This document shows, in pieces, positions 31,496 through 32,000 of a stretch of DNA of 32,000 nt (its first letter is position 1; every line of letters starts with the position of its first letter). Made by a program: the position numbers and the translations under genes. The notes below the pieces were generated by a model that saw only the letters and a list, made by a program, of their open reading frames with translations, was not told the origin of the DNA and ran no database searches. This DNA comes from Synechocystis sp. PCC 6803 substr. PCC-P (lineage in GTDB: Bacteria; Cyanobacteriota; Cyanobacteriia; Cyanobacteriales; Microcystaceae), in contig NC_017039.1 of NCBI RefSeq assembly GCF_000284455.1, positions 1,530,001-1,562,000 of the forward strand, read 5' to 3'.

Positions 31496-31870
31496 ATGTC
31501 AACTTTGTATGAAAAATTAGGTGGAACCACCGCTGTCGATCTAGCTGTGGACAAATTTTACGAGCGGGTGTTGCAGGATGACCGCATCAAACATTTTTTC
31601 GCCGACGTGGATATGGCTAAACAACGGGCCCACCAAAAAGCCTTTTTAACCTATGCCTTTGGCGGTACGGATAAATATGATGGTCGCTATATGCGGGAAG
31701 CCCACAAAGAGTTGGTGGAAAACCATGGTTTGAACGGTGAACACTTCGACGCAGTGGCGGAGGATTTGCTGGCAACCTTGAAGGAAATGGGTGTTCCCGA
31801 AGATTTAATTGCAGAAGTGGCCGCCGTGGCCGGGGCTCCAGCCCATAAACGGGACGTGCTTAATCAGTGA
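31496..31870 (+). CDS. glbN: Cyanoglobin (truncated hemoglobin, group I)
   Basis: 124 aa from the internal ATG at 31496 (ORF track starts at 31448): MSTLYEKLGGTTAVDLAVDKFYERVLQDDRIKHFFADVDMAKQRAHQKAFLTYAFGG. Preceded by AGGAGAAAATTG. Confidence 0.96.
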   Translation: MSTLYEKLGGTTAVDLAVDKFYERVLQDDRIKHFFADVDMAKQRAHQKAFLTYAFGGTDKYDGRYMREAHKELVENHGLNGEHFDAVAEDLLATLKEMGVPEDLIAEVAAVAGAPAHKRDVLNQ

Positions 31871-32000
31871 AGTTGAGAATTTATTTTATGGAGGCGATCG
31901 TTGCATCCTAAAAATTTGCACCCTTTGCCCAAATTGCCAATGGCAGGCCAAAAACTCCCGACTTTATTTGATGCTCTCCTGACTGTTGAGCAGGATATGG

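Overview
This 32 kb window is almost certainly cyanobacterial chromosome. The gene content and order match my memory of Synechocystis sp. PCC 6803 (tyrA, ctaD/ctaE, ccs1, AHAS, shc, txlA, glpX-type FBP/SBPase, glbN), and it is rich in HIP1 octamers (GCGATCGC). Most of it is ordinary core genome: (i) a compact minus-strand ABC transporter operon of the Fe3+/AfuABC type, followed by a beta-propeller protein and a partial small protein; (ii) an L7/L12-C-terminal-like membrane protein and an M14 carboxypeptidase; (iii) glutaminase, a small ORF plus HNH nuclease pair, tyrA, and cytochrome oxidase subunits I and III; (iv) a Uma2/DUF820 protein, Hsp33, KatG, Ccs1/ResB, acetohydroxyacid synthase with a C-terminal zinc ribbon, squalene-hopene cyclase and tRNA-Pro(UGG); (v) an accessory island (about 22.1-25.5 kb) with a truncated gene remnant, a degraded IS701-like element interrupted by an ISY100-type IS630/Tc1-mariner element, and a frameshifted Uma2 gene; (vi) a second acetolactate synthase, a TxlA/HCF164-like thioredoxin, a helical-repeat protein, glpX-type FBP/SBPase, an IS1-family element with a slippery A8 run, and cyanoglobin glbN. 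I find no CRISPR array, no prophage and no convincing new multi-gene system. The most interesting items are the nested IS structure (base-level boundaries, exact in-frame reconstruction), an N-terminally truncated minus-strand gene missing from the supplied ORF track that carries an in-frame 18-bp duplication, the small-ORF/HNH overlapping pair, the membrane-anchored L7/L12-like domain, the zinc-ribbon tail on AHAS, and an IS1-type insertion just upstream of glbN.
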